Assembly (NCBI GenBank): GCA_963750165.1
Contig: CAVVPN010000001.1
Location: 439,963 to 503,962, forward strand
Length of the DNA stretch: 64,000 nt
DNA from: an uncultured Gemmataceae bacterium
Lineage (GTDB): Bacteria; Planctomycetota; Planctomycetia; Gemmatales; Gemmataceae
Direction of reading: 5' to 3'
Position numbers and translations under genes: made by a program
In this document: positions 1 to 11,775 of the stretch, one piece after another
How positions within the stretch are numbered: the stretch's first letter is position 1
Layout of the letters: every line of letters begins with the position of its first letter
Notes under the pieces: model-generated
Seen by the model: the letters and a program-made list of their open reading frames with translations, nothing else
Told to the model about the DNA's origin: nothing
Databases searched by the model: none

Positions 1-421
1 ACATGATGCCGCCGAGCTGTGGCTCCGCGGCGACGGGCTCGGCCATCGCGACCTGGACCGGGTGGTCGTCGAGATCGACTGTCACTGGGTGGCCGGGGCG
101 GTGGAACTCGAAGGAGTCCGCCTTCTTCTTGCCTTTGGCCCCCTTGCGGAGGACCTTGGTGGACACGGCCTTACCCTTCGGATGGTCCACGTGCAGGCGG
201 CCGCTGATCTTCTTGTTCTTCACATGCACGTGGGCCCGGTGCCCGGAGCTGTGTGAATGCAGCAGGTGCCGGCCGTTGCCCTTGCTGGCCAGGTTGATCA
301 GGTTGGGACCGTGGTGGCTGTGAGCGCCGCCCTGCACCGCCTTCGAGCCGTCGGCCGGGCTCAACGCCAGCACCAGGCTCAACGCCACCGTACTACCGAT
401 CCCAAAAATCGCCTTCGTCAT
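1..421 (-). CDS. Secreted His/Lys-rich hypothetical protein (partial, runs off window)
   Basis: Manual translation from ATG 421: MTKAIFGIGSTVALSLVLALSPADGSKAVQGGAHSHHG..., open to position 1; signal-peptide-like N-terminus; absent from the ORF track, probably because it has no stop in the window. Confidence 0.7.
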   Translation of the reverse strand, partial: MTKAIFGIGSTVALSLVLALSPADGSKAVQGGAHSHHGPNLINLASKGNGRHLLHSHSSGHRAHVHVKNKKISGRLHVDHPKGKAVSTKVLRKGAKGKKKADSFEFHRPGHPVTVDLDDHPVQVAMAEPVAAEPQLGGIM

Positions 422-567
422 GAGAAACTCCTCGTCGGCAGAAAAGTTGAAAGCCCGCGCCGCTCGTCTGCCTGCCGGGCGGGGGCCTTTCTCCCCACAC
501 TCAAAAGGACGCACTGGTAAAAATTTGTTACAGGAAAAAATCGTGACAGTGCCGCCGTTGCCCAAGC

Positions 568-900
568 TCACCCTCCTTTGTCGATCACTTGTTGGTCGGG
601 TTCACTGGCCGTCTTCTTGGGCTGTAGGGGTGCGGGGTCGCCCTGACAGATGAAGGCGCCGAAGAAAAACGGCGACTCAAACGATCGGTGGTCGTCGGGT
701 TTCGTCGCCAACCCCTGAAGACCACGACGAATGTTCGTGCGCCAGACGCGAGGTGTTCGATCCTGGAGGGGGTGAGCCACTCCCGTTTCAATGGGTCGAT
801 GATGGCGTCGCCGGTGCTGCGCTGGGCATTGCTGAGGGCGAAATCACGGTCCATCCTGTTGGTCAGAGATTATCGAAGAAGTGGTTCATCAGACAATCAA
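568..900 (-). pseudogene. Relic of a CHAT-domain C-terminus
   Basis: Frameshifted MDRDFALSNAQR...EWLTP / RRGLQGLATKPDDHRSFESPFFFGAFICQGDP is a diverged copy of the end of ORF 3828..4589. Confidence 0.85.
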
Positions 901-1049
901 GCGGCAGGCCAATTGCTGTTCTTTGCCCAACAAGTTCGGCGGTTCGTCGAACGGGCCCAACTGGTTCGCCAATCAGCGGAAAAAACTCGACCGTCTGCCC
1001 ATTGCGCAGACTTACCTTGGTTCTGAACTGCAAACGCAACAGAAAATGC

Positions 1050-3782
1050 TCAGGGCCGAGACAGAATCGGGTAACGGGTCAGGACGCCCTTGGCGATGGC
1101 CTGGAGCAAGCGTTCGGTTTCCGCCAGCCCCGGATCGTTGATGCGGGTGCGAACCTGCTGGCTTGCTGCCAAGTGATTCACCGCCGTCGCAAGCAATTCG
1201 CGCACTTCGGTAGGTGGATGATCGTTGCAGAAATTAGCCCGGCCCAGCTGTTGGGCCGCGCAGAAGGCAAGTTTCGGCGAGCAGGAAGTGGCCGAGGCCG
1301 ATTCCCCAGGCGTAGTCGCACGCAGGGTCGGCGGCGGCAATCAACGGTGGCTGTGACTTGGGAACAGTTTTCAGGGCCGTCCGTGCGTCGCGCTCGGCGG
1401 CGGCAGCGTCACCTTCCTCCAGCGCCACGGACGCGCGCAGCAACAGCAAGTCGATGTGGATGATCCCGAAGCCTCCCTCCCGGGCAAGCCGAAGTCCCTC
1501 GTCGGCGGCGTGCCGCGCTTCCCGCAGGCAACGGACTGTCTCGGGGCCGGCCGGCCCGTCAGCCTTTCGACGGGCGTCGGCGAGAGCGATGCTACCGCCC
1601 TCCCACGCCACCCAGCACAGTACCTCCCGGGCATCCCGCGCCACCGCCCACTCCTGGGCCTCGTGTTGCAATATGCGCGCAGTCGAGAACTCGCCGCGGA
1701 CGCGGGCCAGGCCAGCAAGCAGCAGATTGCAGCGCGGCAGATAATGGTGCTGTTCGCCGAAAATATGCCGCAGGACCACCTTGTTCGCCTCGGTCAGTTG
1801 CGCCGCTTCTTGATCGCGGCCGAGTCGTGCCAGCAGCCAGGCATGGTGGACGCCGCGCAAACGGTACAGCGGTCGCTCCTGGTGTTCGTCAAGGTGTTGC
1901 CAACGCAGGGCCGTCGCAAAGTCGGCCAGCGCCGCGGAGGTCTCGCCACGCAATGCCCGCGCGTAGCCGCGGTAGGCATAACTGTCCTTGCGCTCGAAGG
2001 CGTAAGAAGCACGTTCGGCCAGGCGGACGGCTTCCTCGGCGGCGGCCAGGCCCTCCGTCAGCCGGCCTGCCGCGAGCAGCAGGTCCGTCAAGTTTTGATT
2101 ACAAATCGACGCATTTTTCCAACTGCCCTCGGCCAATCGCATGGCGAGATTGCGCTTGTAGCAGCTTGCGGCGGCTTCGAGGCGGCCAACCTCCGAGAGG
2201 TAGAGCGCATAATCGTTGAGGAAGAAGCCGTGTTCGTGCGGCCGGAGTTGCTCCGGCAGCGGCGCTGCCTCCGCGGAACGGCCATCGACGAAAGCCCTGC
2301 AGATCCGTTCGCCCCGTTCGTAGGCTCCCAAACGGCGCCCCAGGTTCTCGTAGGCGCCGATCTGATACGAATACATCTCCCAGGCCGCGTCAGCGCAACC
2401 GGCCGCCAGCGTGTGGTAGACGATCTCTTCCAGCAGGTCCAGGGTATGAGCGTCCGAAGGATGCGTTCCTCGGCCAGGCAGTCCACCGAGCGATAGGATC
2501 AACCCCTCACGGGCGGCGTCGTGGCCAAGGCGGGCCGCTTCTTCATCCAGGTGTTTGAGAAAGCCATCGCGCACGGCCGGGTGAACCGTGTAGGTGGCGT
2601 CAACCACGCCGGAGAAGGCTGCGGGCCGAGCGACGGCGGAATCATGCGGCTGGTGTCGCGCGCGTGGCCCAAGCGCCGTCGCCTCCAACAACCGCATCCC
2701 CACCAGTTTGTCCATCCGCGCGCACACGTCGGGGAACGACAGCGCTGCCAGTTCGGGACCGGAGAGTTTGTCCTTGCCCGGCCCGGTGAAGACCAATGTC
2801 AGGAGTTCAGCATCGACGCCCAGCCGGAAGAGGCAAACCCGCTCCAGCAAAGCGAGGGCGGCGCGGTCCGTCCGCTCCAGCGCTTCGCAGTAGCGCTGGG
2901 CCACGCGCTCGAACCGGGCCGTTTGCTCGGCCACAGCGCGCAGCCGGTCGCCCGGAACAGCTGTCTCTTCGCCGCGCACTTCCGGCACAGCCCAGTCGCT
3001 GGTCACTCCAGTGTCGCCGGCCTCGAAGTGGGCAAGGTAGCCCCCGGCCAGATCCACCGTCAGGGCGTGGCGGCCGCAGTGGTGCGCCAGGCGTGCCAGT
3101 TCGGCGTCGGTCCCCTGGACACCGCGCTGCCGCAGCAGGGCAATGCAGGCCTCCTCGCTGATGTGCTCGACGGCGATCTCGCGGTAATTCAGGCCGGGAC
3201 GATCGCGCAGGTCGTCGAGGGCGAAACGAGTCGTGAGCAGGACGGCGGCCTCTCCGAGCCTGCCCTCGGCGGCGCGAAGGATGAAGCTACGCAGTCTGCC
3301 GTCCGCAATGAGCCCGAACGGCGCTCCGCGTAACCCGTCCTCCTGCACTTTCTCCAGACCGTCGAGGACCAGCAGGCACGGACCGGCGTAGTCGAGCAGA
3401 CGTACCACTTGCTCGTATGACGGTTGCGTCGTCTCGACCCGGTTGACGCGGTCCGTTAGCCAAGCGGCCAGTTGGCTGAAGAAGCCGTCCGGCGTCGGCG
3501 CGTCGTAGAAGGAAAAGACGAAGAGCCGGCGCGGCCGCGGCAGGGTCTCCTGTTTGCGCACGCCGAGTTCCACGGGTAGCACCCCCGGCAACACGCGTAG
3601 GAAGCGCTCCACGACAGCGGTCTTGCCGGCGCCGCCGATGCCGACGAGGGCACAGACCCCCTTGCCAATCTTCTGCCACCAATCGGCCAGGTGCGCAACT
3701 CGGGCCGATCCTGCCAGTCGCGGGCACGCAGCAGGGGGTGGGCGAAATGGAAGAGCTGTTTCTTCGGAGTTCGATCAGTCAT
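1050..3782 (-). CDS. STAND-like P-loop NTPase with C-terminal TPR repeats (two frameshifts, ~3695 and ~1260)
   Basis: Joining 3456..3782, 1234..3612 and 1050..1340 gives Walker A GIGGAGKT, Walker B CLLVLDGLE, GxP-like CGRHALTV and TPR helices. Confidence 0.85.
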
Positions 3783-3827
3783 GGGACACCTTTTCAGGGA
3801 ACGCCGCGAAGACCCCCTGACGGCTTG

Positions 3828-4975
3828 TCAGGGAAAGAGAGGTTTTTCAACGACCGCCTTGACCGCAGGCAATGGCGATGGGTCGCCCTGACAGATGAAG
3901 GCACCCCAGTAAAACGGCGCTGCAAACGGTCGGTGGTCGTCGGCTTTCGCCGCCAGTTCCTGAAGGCCACGACGGCTGTCCAAATTGCCAGAGGCGAGGC
4001 GTTCGATCTTGGCGGGGGTGAGCCACTCCTGTTTCAGTTGACCGATGGTGGCATCGCGGGTACATCGCTGCGCATCGCTGAGGGCGAGGTCGCGATCCAT
4101 GCGACGGTTGAGCAGGTTGTCGTAGAAGCGGTCCATAAGGAAGGCGGTTGCCAGGTCGGGCACCTTCCACAGGCTCATCACCAGCGTCTTCGCTCCGGCG
4201 ACGATGAAGGCTCGCCGCAGGCCGAAAACACCTTCCCCGGCATGGACCGCGCCCAGACCGGTGTCGCAGGCGGACAGCACGACCAACTCGGTGTCGAGCA
4301 AGTCGAGGCCGGAGACGTCCTCGGCGGTCAGCAGGCCGTCCTCGGCGTCCGGAGGCAGAGGATCACCCCTGAGGAAGGTGTTGGCTCCGGCCAGGGCCAG
4401 GCCGGAACGCAGCATCGGGTTTTCCATCCCCGGACCGGCGAGACGCCCGAAACCGCCGTCCTGTCCGCCGAGGAGTTCCAGGTTGCGGAAGTCGCGATTG
4501 GGGTCGCGCGTCTGATCCGGAAGGAAGAAACCGTGGGTGGCGAGATGCATGACACGCGGTGATCGATACGCCTTGAGCCGACCTTCCAAGGCGGCGCCAG
4601 CCAGCAGCGGTTCGACGCCGAGTCGTCGGGCAATCTGCTCGCCTTCAATGCGTGTTCCGGGGAGACGGTGGAAGTGGAACCGGTTGCTGCCCAGGTCGCG
4701 CGAGAGGCGACCGGCAGGGGCGCCGTTGGAACGACGATCGGGGTGGGCCTGGCGACTGGTACCGTCTGGCGGCGACCAAACAGCCGGCTCCAGAACCCTC
4801 GCCGTGGTGCTGGTTCGGCACCCTGCGGATGTTCGGTTCGAGCGGACTCGGATTCCAAACGGAGGTCAAAATCCGGATCAGTGACGACCGATGGTTCAGC
4901 AGGTTGCCGTCCGGACGGGGATTGAAAGGGCAGCACGTCGTGGCCGACACTCACATAGTGGATGTCCGCAAATTC
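3828..4975 (-). CDS. CHAT (caspase-like) domain protein, 5'-truncated, frameshift ~4700
   Basis: HLATHGFF, ENPMLRSGLALAGAN, LVVLSACDTG, PFYWGAF; the upstream part (HYVSVGHDVL...DPDFD) is in another frame; no N-terminal TPR region. Confidence 0.85.
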
Positions 4976-5139
4976 AATCGGGCGGCTCGAAGCGCGTCCT
5001 CACTCGACTCCCCTCCACTAACCTCCGGTAGAACTCCAACAGCAATCCCGCCGTGCCTCGTCCGGCTCCGGCCATAACGCCATCACCACTGCCCGCGCTC
5101 CCGCTAGCACGAAAGCCCGCGGCACGCCCACAGCAGTTA

Positions 5140-6328
5140 TTACCTCGGCAACTAACATCGTCACGTTACTCCGGCTGCCGCATATTGCGTCATCGGGTGC
5201 CTGAAGTAACTCATGATCCGTCCGGGGAGGCCGGTCAAGTGCTCCATGAATTCCTCCAGCTTGGTGCGCAACTCCTGCCGGTCCCTGGGCAACCCGCGCG
5301 CGTAGACGTTCCCCTTCAGGTCGTTGTTCAGGTACTCCACCGGGTTCCGCTCCGGCGTCTTGACCGGCAGCGTGAACAACTCGATCTGCTCCTCATGCGC
5401 CCAGACCCAGTCCTGCACCGCCGCCGCCAGGTGCGCCGGCAGCGGGTCCACGATCAGGAACACCTTCCGCGCCGAAGCGGCCACCAACCGCTCCAGGAAC
5501 CCCAGGAACAGCGCCGCGTTCATCATGGCCGTGTACACCTGGAAGTGCAACTCCCCGTCGTTGGTCACGGTGGACAGCAGGTTGACCCGGGCCTTGTCCC
5601 CCGACACCGGCAACTCCGGCGTCTGCCCCACGCGCGCGTAGCCGCGCCCCGGGTGGTCGTTGCCGCTCAGGCCCGTCTCGTCCCCCCAGTGGATCTCCGC
5701 GCCCTCCCGGGCGGCCCGGGCCTCGATCTCCGGGTAGGTGCTGTCCAACCACTCGCGGACCTCGTCGGCGTCCTGGCCGCGGGCGTGCCGCCCGGGCCGC
5801 TTGCTGGTGTAGCCCCAGCGCCGCAGGTACTCCCCGACCGTGCGCACTGGCACCCAGCGGCCGTACTCCCGCGCGATCAGGTCGCGGACGGCGCGGCGCG
5901 TCCAGAGCGGGGCGGCGATGTCGAGTTGCTCGGGGCTGTGGTGGTCGATCAGGTCTTGCAGGTGGCGGGCCTGGGCGTCGTCGAGCACCCGGCCCGAGCC
6001 CGTGGGTCGGCCGGTGCGGTCGCCGGGCAGGGCGTCCCGGCCGCCGGTGCGGTAGGCGCTCCACCAGCGGCAGACGGTCTCGCGGGCCACGCCGAGGGCG
6101 TCGGCGATGGTGGTTTGGGGCAGGCCCATGCTGCAGGCGCGGACAGCGCGCAGGCGGAACGCCTTCAGGGTCTCGTCGGACAGCTGGCGCGTGTTGGGGA
6201 TGGAGATGGCCATGATGCTTGCTCCTCCCGCTGGCGCGGGAATGGCGAAAGTCACCCCCTGATAGTATTGTAGGCGACACCCGAGGTCTGGACCGCGAAG
6301 CTGGTGACAATGTTAGACGCCGGGGTAA
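5140..6328 (-). mobile_element. IS630-family insertion sequence
   Basis: Imperfect ~25-bp inverted repeats (TTACCTCGGCAACTAACATCGTCAC / GTGACAATGTTAGACGCCGGGGTAA); TA duplication at 5138-5139 and 6329-6330. Confidence 0.95.
5161..6213 (-). CDS. IS630-family transposase
   Basis: HTH region, [24 protein letters not shown] motifs; GGAGGAG RBS before ATG 6213. Confidence 0.95.
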   Translation of the reverse strand: MAISIPNTRQLSDETLKAFRLRAVRACSMGLPQTTIADALGVARETVCRWWSAYRTGGRDALPGDRTGRPTGSGRVLDDAQARHLQDLIDHHSPEQLDIAAPLWTRRAVRDLIAREYGRWVPVRTVGEYLRRWGYTSKRPGRHARGQDADEVREWLDSTYPEIEARAAREGAEIHWGDETGLSGNDHPGRGYARVGQTPELPVSGDKARVNLLSTVTNDGELHFQVYTAMMNAALFLGFLERLVAASARKVFLIVDPLPAHLAAAVQDWVWAHEEQIELFTLPVKTPERNPVEYLNNDLKGNVYARGLPRDRQELRTKLEEFMEHLTGLPGRIMSYFRHPMTQYAAAGVT

Positions 6329-6690
6329 TACATCGACCCACCTCACCTCCACCTGCAGATCCGCCGACAGCACGACCACTTTCGTCTGTCTCAGGTCGAG
6401 CCCGATCACATCCCACGCCGTCAACCGGCCTTCCGCAGCGTCCCGGTTAGCGCCTGCCAGGGCGACCCTACCCCTCTCGGCGCCGGCTGAGCTGACTCTG
6501 ACCTCCCGGTTTCCACTGTAATTGATCCGTCCCCGGTGCGTCTTTCCATCACAGTGGATGAAGAGCGTCACTGCCCGAAACCTGTTATGCCCCGCGATTC
6601 AAGGAGTCCACATGACCACGAACATGCCACTGCTGAACAGGTCCGAGTTTCTGGAGTGCCTGGGTCTCGATGGATCACCTCGAAGGGCCA

Positions 6691-8000
6691 TCACGCCGGC
6701 CGGGCGCTGACGTGGGGCACGGGGATCACCAGGATGCGCCGGTCCCTTTCTGGGGCCGGCCCTTTCTTCGCGACCAGAATTTCCATACCCCGCACCGGTG
6801 TCCTGCGCCCCGCGTCAGCGTCCTCCGAGACAAGCCCAATCAGTTCCATCCAGTGGAGCCACTCCAACGGCGTTCGTCTCACATCCTGTGCGGACCAGTG
6901 AATCAGGAGGCGTTCGGTCCCTGCGGGGGGTGTCAGCCGGAAGACCAGGCCACAGCGCTGCCCTGCCCGGTACAGGTTTTCCGGTTCATTTGGCTTCGGC
7001 AAGCCGACCTGCACATTGCCGGAGGAATCAAGGACCAGCACCGTGAGGTAGCCATCGACGGAGGCCAGAGCTTCGACTTTCACCAAGTCACCCGTCGTCG
7101 CCGGCTCCGGCCGGCCTTCTTTCACGAGAGGACGGAATGTCGTAGGTTCGTCGGCACGGGCGACCGCGATGGCGGCCTGCAATTTCACCGGCACTAGCAT
7201 GTCCGAGTTACTGTTCAGCACGTGCTCCGTGAGCGCCTGCCAGCGCACCTCGCGGAGCTGGGTGAGGAAAGTGGGAAGGTCGGCACGTCGCTGGGGATCG
7301 GGCTCCAGGCCACTGGAGATGACCTGGCGCAGTTCTTCGGGAAGAGACGGCCAGTTGGCGTGCTCGGCCGGCGGGGCGTGTTCTCGGGGGCGTGTACCCG
7401 TCACCAGGTGCAGCAAAGTGGCGGCCAGCGAAAAGACATCCGATTTGGGCGACGCACCGCCGTGGTAGACCTCCGGGGCGATGTAGCCCCTCGTTCCGGC
7501 GCCCGGCCTGCCTGATCCACGGCAATGGCGATGCCAAAATCGGCGAGAACCGCCTCGTCGGTGTCCACGTTCAACAAGATGTTGTCGGGCTTGATGTCCC
7601 GGTGCAGCATGCCCTGAGCATGGACATCGAACAGGGCATCGGCCACGCCGGCCGCATAGCGGGCGGCCTGGGCCCATGGCATGGGCCGCCCAGGAGATGT
7701 CAGTTTTGCCAGGCAGCCGCCCGAAAGATAGTCCATGACCAGAAAGCAGTTCGTGACGCCATCCTTGAGATAGTGAACCTCCACACGGTTGCGGTGCCTG
7801 GGAAGCTGGGCTAACCTCTGCGCTTCCTCGATCAATCGCCGGACCTCGCGCTCGCTGAAGCTCACCTTGTGAAGAACCTTGATGGCACGGAACACCTTCA
7901 TCTTCACATCCAGAGCCTTCCAGACCTGGCCAAAGGCGCCGCCGCCGAGGTTGTCGAGAAACTCGAAGCCGTCGAGTTTCGGTTTGTTCGCGAGAGTCAT
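6691..8000 (-). CDS. Ser/Thr protein kinase with C-terminal DUF4384-like domain (frameshift ~7505)
   Basis: LGGGAFGQVW, RAIK, HRDIKPDN, DFG, GYIAPE; tail TGDLVKVE...DGYLTV...LTPPAGTERL is paralogous to 21221..22894. Confidence 0.9.
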
Positions 8001-8056
8001 GTCATGTCTCCGGAATTATGGAAAGTGGCGAGGAGTCGCCCTGGCAAGATCCCGAT

Positions 8057-11000
8057 TTACGTCGGAAATCGGAACCGATGCCTCCTTTGCCGGTAACGGG
8101 CCAGCAAGCCCCACAAATACCCGGGAGCCGGCAGAGCGGCCGGATCGCCGAACAGGGTCAAGGGTGCCCAGAACAAGGGAAAAGTACCAACGGCAATGGC
8201 CTCGCGCTGAGCCAACGCAAGGGCCGTTGGCAGTTCGTGCAGCAGGAGGTGACGGTAGAAGGACCACATGAGCGGCACCGTCTCCTCGTCGGCTAAGGGC
8301 CACAGACCCCCCAGCACCGAACGCACCCCAGCGCCGATCAACCCCGTGACCTGGCCGAACATCCCCAGTCCCTCCAATGCCCCAACTTCTCCCGAGTGAC
8401 AGGCGCTGAGCGTAACCAGTGCCAGACCTTGGACCGGTTCTTCCAACCATTCGAGGGCGTGAATGACTTCTCCCGATGGCAAGAGAAGTTCAGCCGCCAG
8501 CGGGTGTGCGCTGGGGGAGTCGGCGTGGCAGGCGAAGTGAACCACGCGGGCTCGAGCCAGCCAGCGGCGCAGTCGGGGACGGTCGAGAGTCTCCGACTGC
8601 AAGATCCGGCCACGCAGAAACGCAGCCGCCACCCCTTCGGCTTCTCGACTCGCACCGAGGAGCTTATTGGGAGTTACGATTGATGTCACCATAGTGATGA
8701 CTTGGCCCTTCTCGCTCCTGCTGAGATCATGGGGAGGCCACAAATTCTTGAGCCGATCTCGGAGATCTTTGATTTGCTGTACTTGTTCCAGACGCTGGTT
8801 CTCATTCGTGTCTGCGACCATCTTCCCGTTACGGTCAAAAATGCGGAAGTGAAGCACGTTTTTTACGCTGGCCACAATGATCAGGTTCTTGCCCTCAGTT
8901 GGGATATCCTTTTCTTCATTCGGCGCGAACATCAAATGCAGATTACGCTCCATATTGGAGCTTTCGGCCACGGCGATCACCGAACGCCAGGCGCCCCGGC
9001 ACTGCCGACGTTTACGGTGCTGGTGAACGAATAGCGATCCACTAAAGGTGGTGACCACCGCAACTGATTCGATCAGGTAACGCCCCGCCAATCGCAGCGC
9101 GTGCAAGGGCACGCCGTGGAGGTCTCCCTCGGGTACCCACAAAAGGGAACCCGGAGAACCCGAGAGGTCGGCGATGGTCGCGGCAAGCGCCGCTCCCAGG
9201 GGACCTCGGCCGAGTGCTTCCAAATGGCCGTCGAATTCCGCTCGTCGGCGCGGCCCCAGGTCGACGCGATCTTGGTAGTCGTTTATTTGATTGCGGACGC
9301 AGTTGCGCAGCCCGTTCAGCTGCGAGCGCACCTCCTCCGCCGACCCGGGTGCGAAATGCACGCAAGCGCGGGCATTTCTACTGACAGCGAGCGCGTAGAC
9401 ACCCTCCTCAGCCAGAACCGGTGCGAAATAGCGCGTAGCCGGGTGCAGTAGCCGCTGAAGATCGTCCAGATCGACCACCGCGGGCAGCAAGCCGCTCACG
9501 GGTCGTTCCCGGTCGATCAGGTGACGCTCGAATAGTCGATCTCGTTCGGCGAGCAATTCTCCCTTGCGGGTTTCAAGCCAGACCCGGCGTTGTTCCGGCA
9601 AGTGGGTTCCGAGTTCACCATGGACTGCTGTTAGTTCACACATCAGTCGGGCCACCTCCGGACGGGTCATCAAAGAGTCCTGAGTGCTTGCGGAGCCGAG
9701 CAACTCGAGAAGCAGCCGGCCACGCTCGCGCTCCTGCCAGCGAAACACGGCAGCCGCATCCCCTCGGCGACAGGCCGCGAGTAGGAGGTGGCGTAACACA
9801 CTGACCCGTTGCCGGCGGTAGCCTTCGACAATGCCGATCGATTCCGGCAGACGCGCCGCTTGTTGCTCAGTGAGCTCAACCACCTCCTCGAATAACCTCC
9901 GCGCCAGGCCCTCGTCACCCTCCACAGAGGCGGCCAGGTGGCCCTGAGCTTGGAGTGACCTTGCCAGCACCTCGGGCAGGCGCAAGGACCGTCCCAGCGT
10001 CTCCGCCTGTCGCAACCAGGACCGGGCCTCGTCAGCCGTAGCCGTCAACAGCCCCAGCGCGAGGCTCAGGCGGGCGCGCCGTTCGGGTCCTTCTGCCTCC
10101 TGAAGGGCCGCGGCGTAGAGCTCCAATGCGCGGGCGGTATCGCCCTGGTTGGCCGCGAGTTGGGCTTGTAGTTCAACCGATGCATCGGCCACCTCGCCCC
10201 CCTTGATCAGGAGACGCACCATTTGAAAAAGGGGTTGGAGTTCATCGGGCAATTGCGCGGGTGACAAACGGGAGAGAAATTGGTCGGCCTCGTTGCGAAC
10301 GGAGCGGTGCTGGCCCAGGTCGAGCAATACGAGAATCCGACGCAGGGCAGCTTCCTGTACCTGGAATGGCAGGCCGTATGACTGGACTTGCTGGTAGTGC
10401 TTCAGAGCATCCCCCAGATGCCCGCGGAGATGATCGATCCGCCCGAGTTGTAAGAAGGCATCCGCCCGAACCGGATCGAGGACCGCTCCCCGGCAGCGTT
10501 CCACGGCGCGCAGCCAGCAAGCCCGGGCTCGACCAAGGTCGCCTGCTCGGTCCCAGGCGCGCCCCTCCTCACAATCGAGCAGCGCCAATTTTTCATGTTG
10601 CTCTGCTTCCTCCAGACGAATCCGGCAGCGGTGTAACTCCTCAGTCAGCACTGAAACATCGCCTACCATCAGACGCACTCGCGAGGCACGCAATAGCAGT
10701 TCGGGGGCGGCGGCGAATCCATGTTGCGGCACCTCGGCCAGAAGTTGCCTTGCCTCCGCGGGCCGACGGCTGCGCGCATAGGCCTCGGCCAGCAGCAAGC
10801 GCACGCGGCAACTGAGGTCGGACGAAACAGACCCGCAATAGGGCAACAGAGGCTCCAAGAATTCGGCGCTCTGGCGCGGTCGGCCAGCCAGAAGGGCGAC
10901 CGGAGCGGAGACAAAGGCAGCCCGAAAGGGTGGCGACTTGTCTGGGAAACGGGGATCGAGAGGGGTATTGGCGGCCTCATTGCGATAGTCGGAGGCCCGG

Positions 11001-11080
11001 CCCTCCGCGCCGGCAATGTCCCAGGCATCCAGGGCGGACTGGATGCCGCGTTCGTGTGCGCGCATGGCAGAGGGGGTCAT
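8057..11080 (-). CDS. TPR-CHAT caspase-like protease (catalytic His/Cys intact)
   Basis: N-terminal TPRs; PEGDLHGVPLHAL, VVHFACHA, LVTLSACHSG, PLFWAPLTLFG. Confidence 0.92.
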   Translation of the reverse strand: MTPSAMRAHERGIQSALDAWDIAGAEGRASDYRNEAANTPLDPRFPDKSPPFRAAFVSAPVALLAGRPRQSAEFLEPLLPYCGSVSSDLSCRVRLLLAEAYARSRRPAEARQLLAEVPQHGFAAAPELLLRASRVRLMVGDVSVLTEELHRCRIRLEEAEQHEKLALLDCEEGRAWDRAGDLGRARACWLRAVERCRGAVLDPVRADAFLQLGRIDHLRGHLGDALKHYQQVQSYGLPFQVQEAALRRILVLLDLGQHRSVRNEADQFLSRLSPAQLPDELQPLFQMVRLLIKGGEVADASVELQAQLAANQGDTARALELYAAALQEAEGPERRARLSLALGLLTATADEARSWLRQAETLGRSLRLPEVLARSLQAQGHLAASVEGDEGLARRLFEEVVELTEQQAARLPESIGIVEGYRRQRVSVLRHLLLAACRRGDAAAVFRWQERERGRLLLELLGSASTQDSLMTRPEVARLMCELTAVHGELGTHLPEQRRVWLETRKGELLAERDRLFERHLIDRERPVSGLLPAVVDLDDLQRLLHPATRYFAPVLAEEGVYALAVSRNARACVHFAPGSAEEVRSQLNGLRNCVRNQINDYQDRVDLGPRRRAEFDGHLEALGRGPLGAALAATIADLSGSPGSLLWVPEGDLHGVPLHALRLAGRYLIESVAVVTTFSGSLFVHQHRKRRQCRGAWRSVIAVAESSNMERNLHLMFAPNEEKDIPTEGKNLIIVASVKNVLHFRIFDRNGKMVADTNENQRLEQVQQIKDLRDRLKNLWPPHDLSRSEKGQVITMVTSIVTPNKLLGASREAEGVAAAFLRGRILQSETLDRPRLRRWLARARVVHFACHADSPSAHPLAAELLLPSGEVIHALEWLEEPVQGLALVTLSACHSGEVGALEGLGMFGQVTGLIGAGVRSVLGGLWPLADEETVPLMWSFYRHLLLHELPTALALAQREAIAVGTFPLFWAPLTLFGDPAALPAPGYLWGLLARYRQRRHRFRFPT

Positions 11081-11775
11081 GGCAAACTTTCCTCCGCCCG
11101 TGCCGGCTCGCTGGCCCGGTCACGCAGCGCCAGAAAGAAGATCAGTCTGAACAGAGTAATGAGTATGCTGGCGACCGTCGAGTGCAAGAGAATCCATCGC
11201 TCGTAAGGTGCCAGGACTGCGTCCATTTGGTCATCACCGACGGCCGGGTTGTCGGCAACCTCCAGCAAAGTGAAAATGGGAACGCACTTAATGCCCAGCC
11301 AACTCACCAGGGTAAGCAACTCCACCACCGCGAGGGCTACCGCTGTGCCGCCGAGTTGCCTGCGCAGCCGCAACAGGCTGACAGTGAACCAGAGACTGTA
11401 CCCGATATCCGCGATCAACAACAACAGTGAGAGCAGGCCCACGATTAGCTCCAGATCGCTGCCCTTCGGGGGGTTGGCCAGGTAGATCAACTTTTTTAGG
11501 GAAATTGTGATCCAATAGCCCAGGCTGCTCCGGTACAGTGACTTGCTGCTGGTTGCCTGGCTCAAATGGAGCCACGTCAACAGGACCACGACTCCTGGCG
11601 CGATGGTGGCTGCATCCAGGAGCCCGTGCATCGTCAAACCGGCTTGTGGCCGCCCCTGGAGCCACTCGATTGCGAACGAAGCGGCTGACAAACCTCCGGT
11701 GAGCAGTGTCGCCAGCGCGCCCCAGAGCAGGAGGCGGGCCAAAGATGGGGAGGGAACAAACGGTTGCGTGATCAT
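11077..11775 (-). CDS. Multi-pass membrane protein
   Basis: About 6 hydrophobic segments; overlaps both neighbours by 4 bp (operon-like). Confidence 0.75.
   Translation of the reverse strand: MITQPFVPSPSLARLLLWGALATLLTGGLSAASFAIEWLQGRPQAGLTMHGLLDAATIAPGVVVLLTWLHLSQATSSKSLYRSSLGYWITISLKKLIYLANPPKGSDLELIVGLLSLLLLIADIGYSLWFTVSLLRLRRQLGGTAVALAVVELLTLVSWLGIKCVPIFTLLEVADNPAVGDDQMDAVLAPYERWILLHSTVASILITLFRLIFFLALRDRASEPARAEESLP

Larger units (their letters stand above)
4975..6490 (-). pseudogene. Degenerate CHAT C-terminal fragment interrupted by IS630
   Basis: ALAGANRDAAEGRLTAWDV...VVVLSADL on one side of the IS and [18 protein letters not shown]...EFYRRLVEG on the other; matches the C-terminus of 15206..16657. 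Confidence 0.85.

Noticed and set aside
8665..8955. Intein in the CHAT domain
   Set aside because: No Cys/Ser start with His-Asn end or recognisable intein blocks
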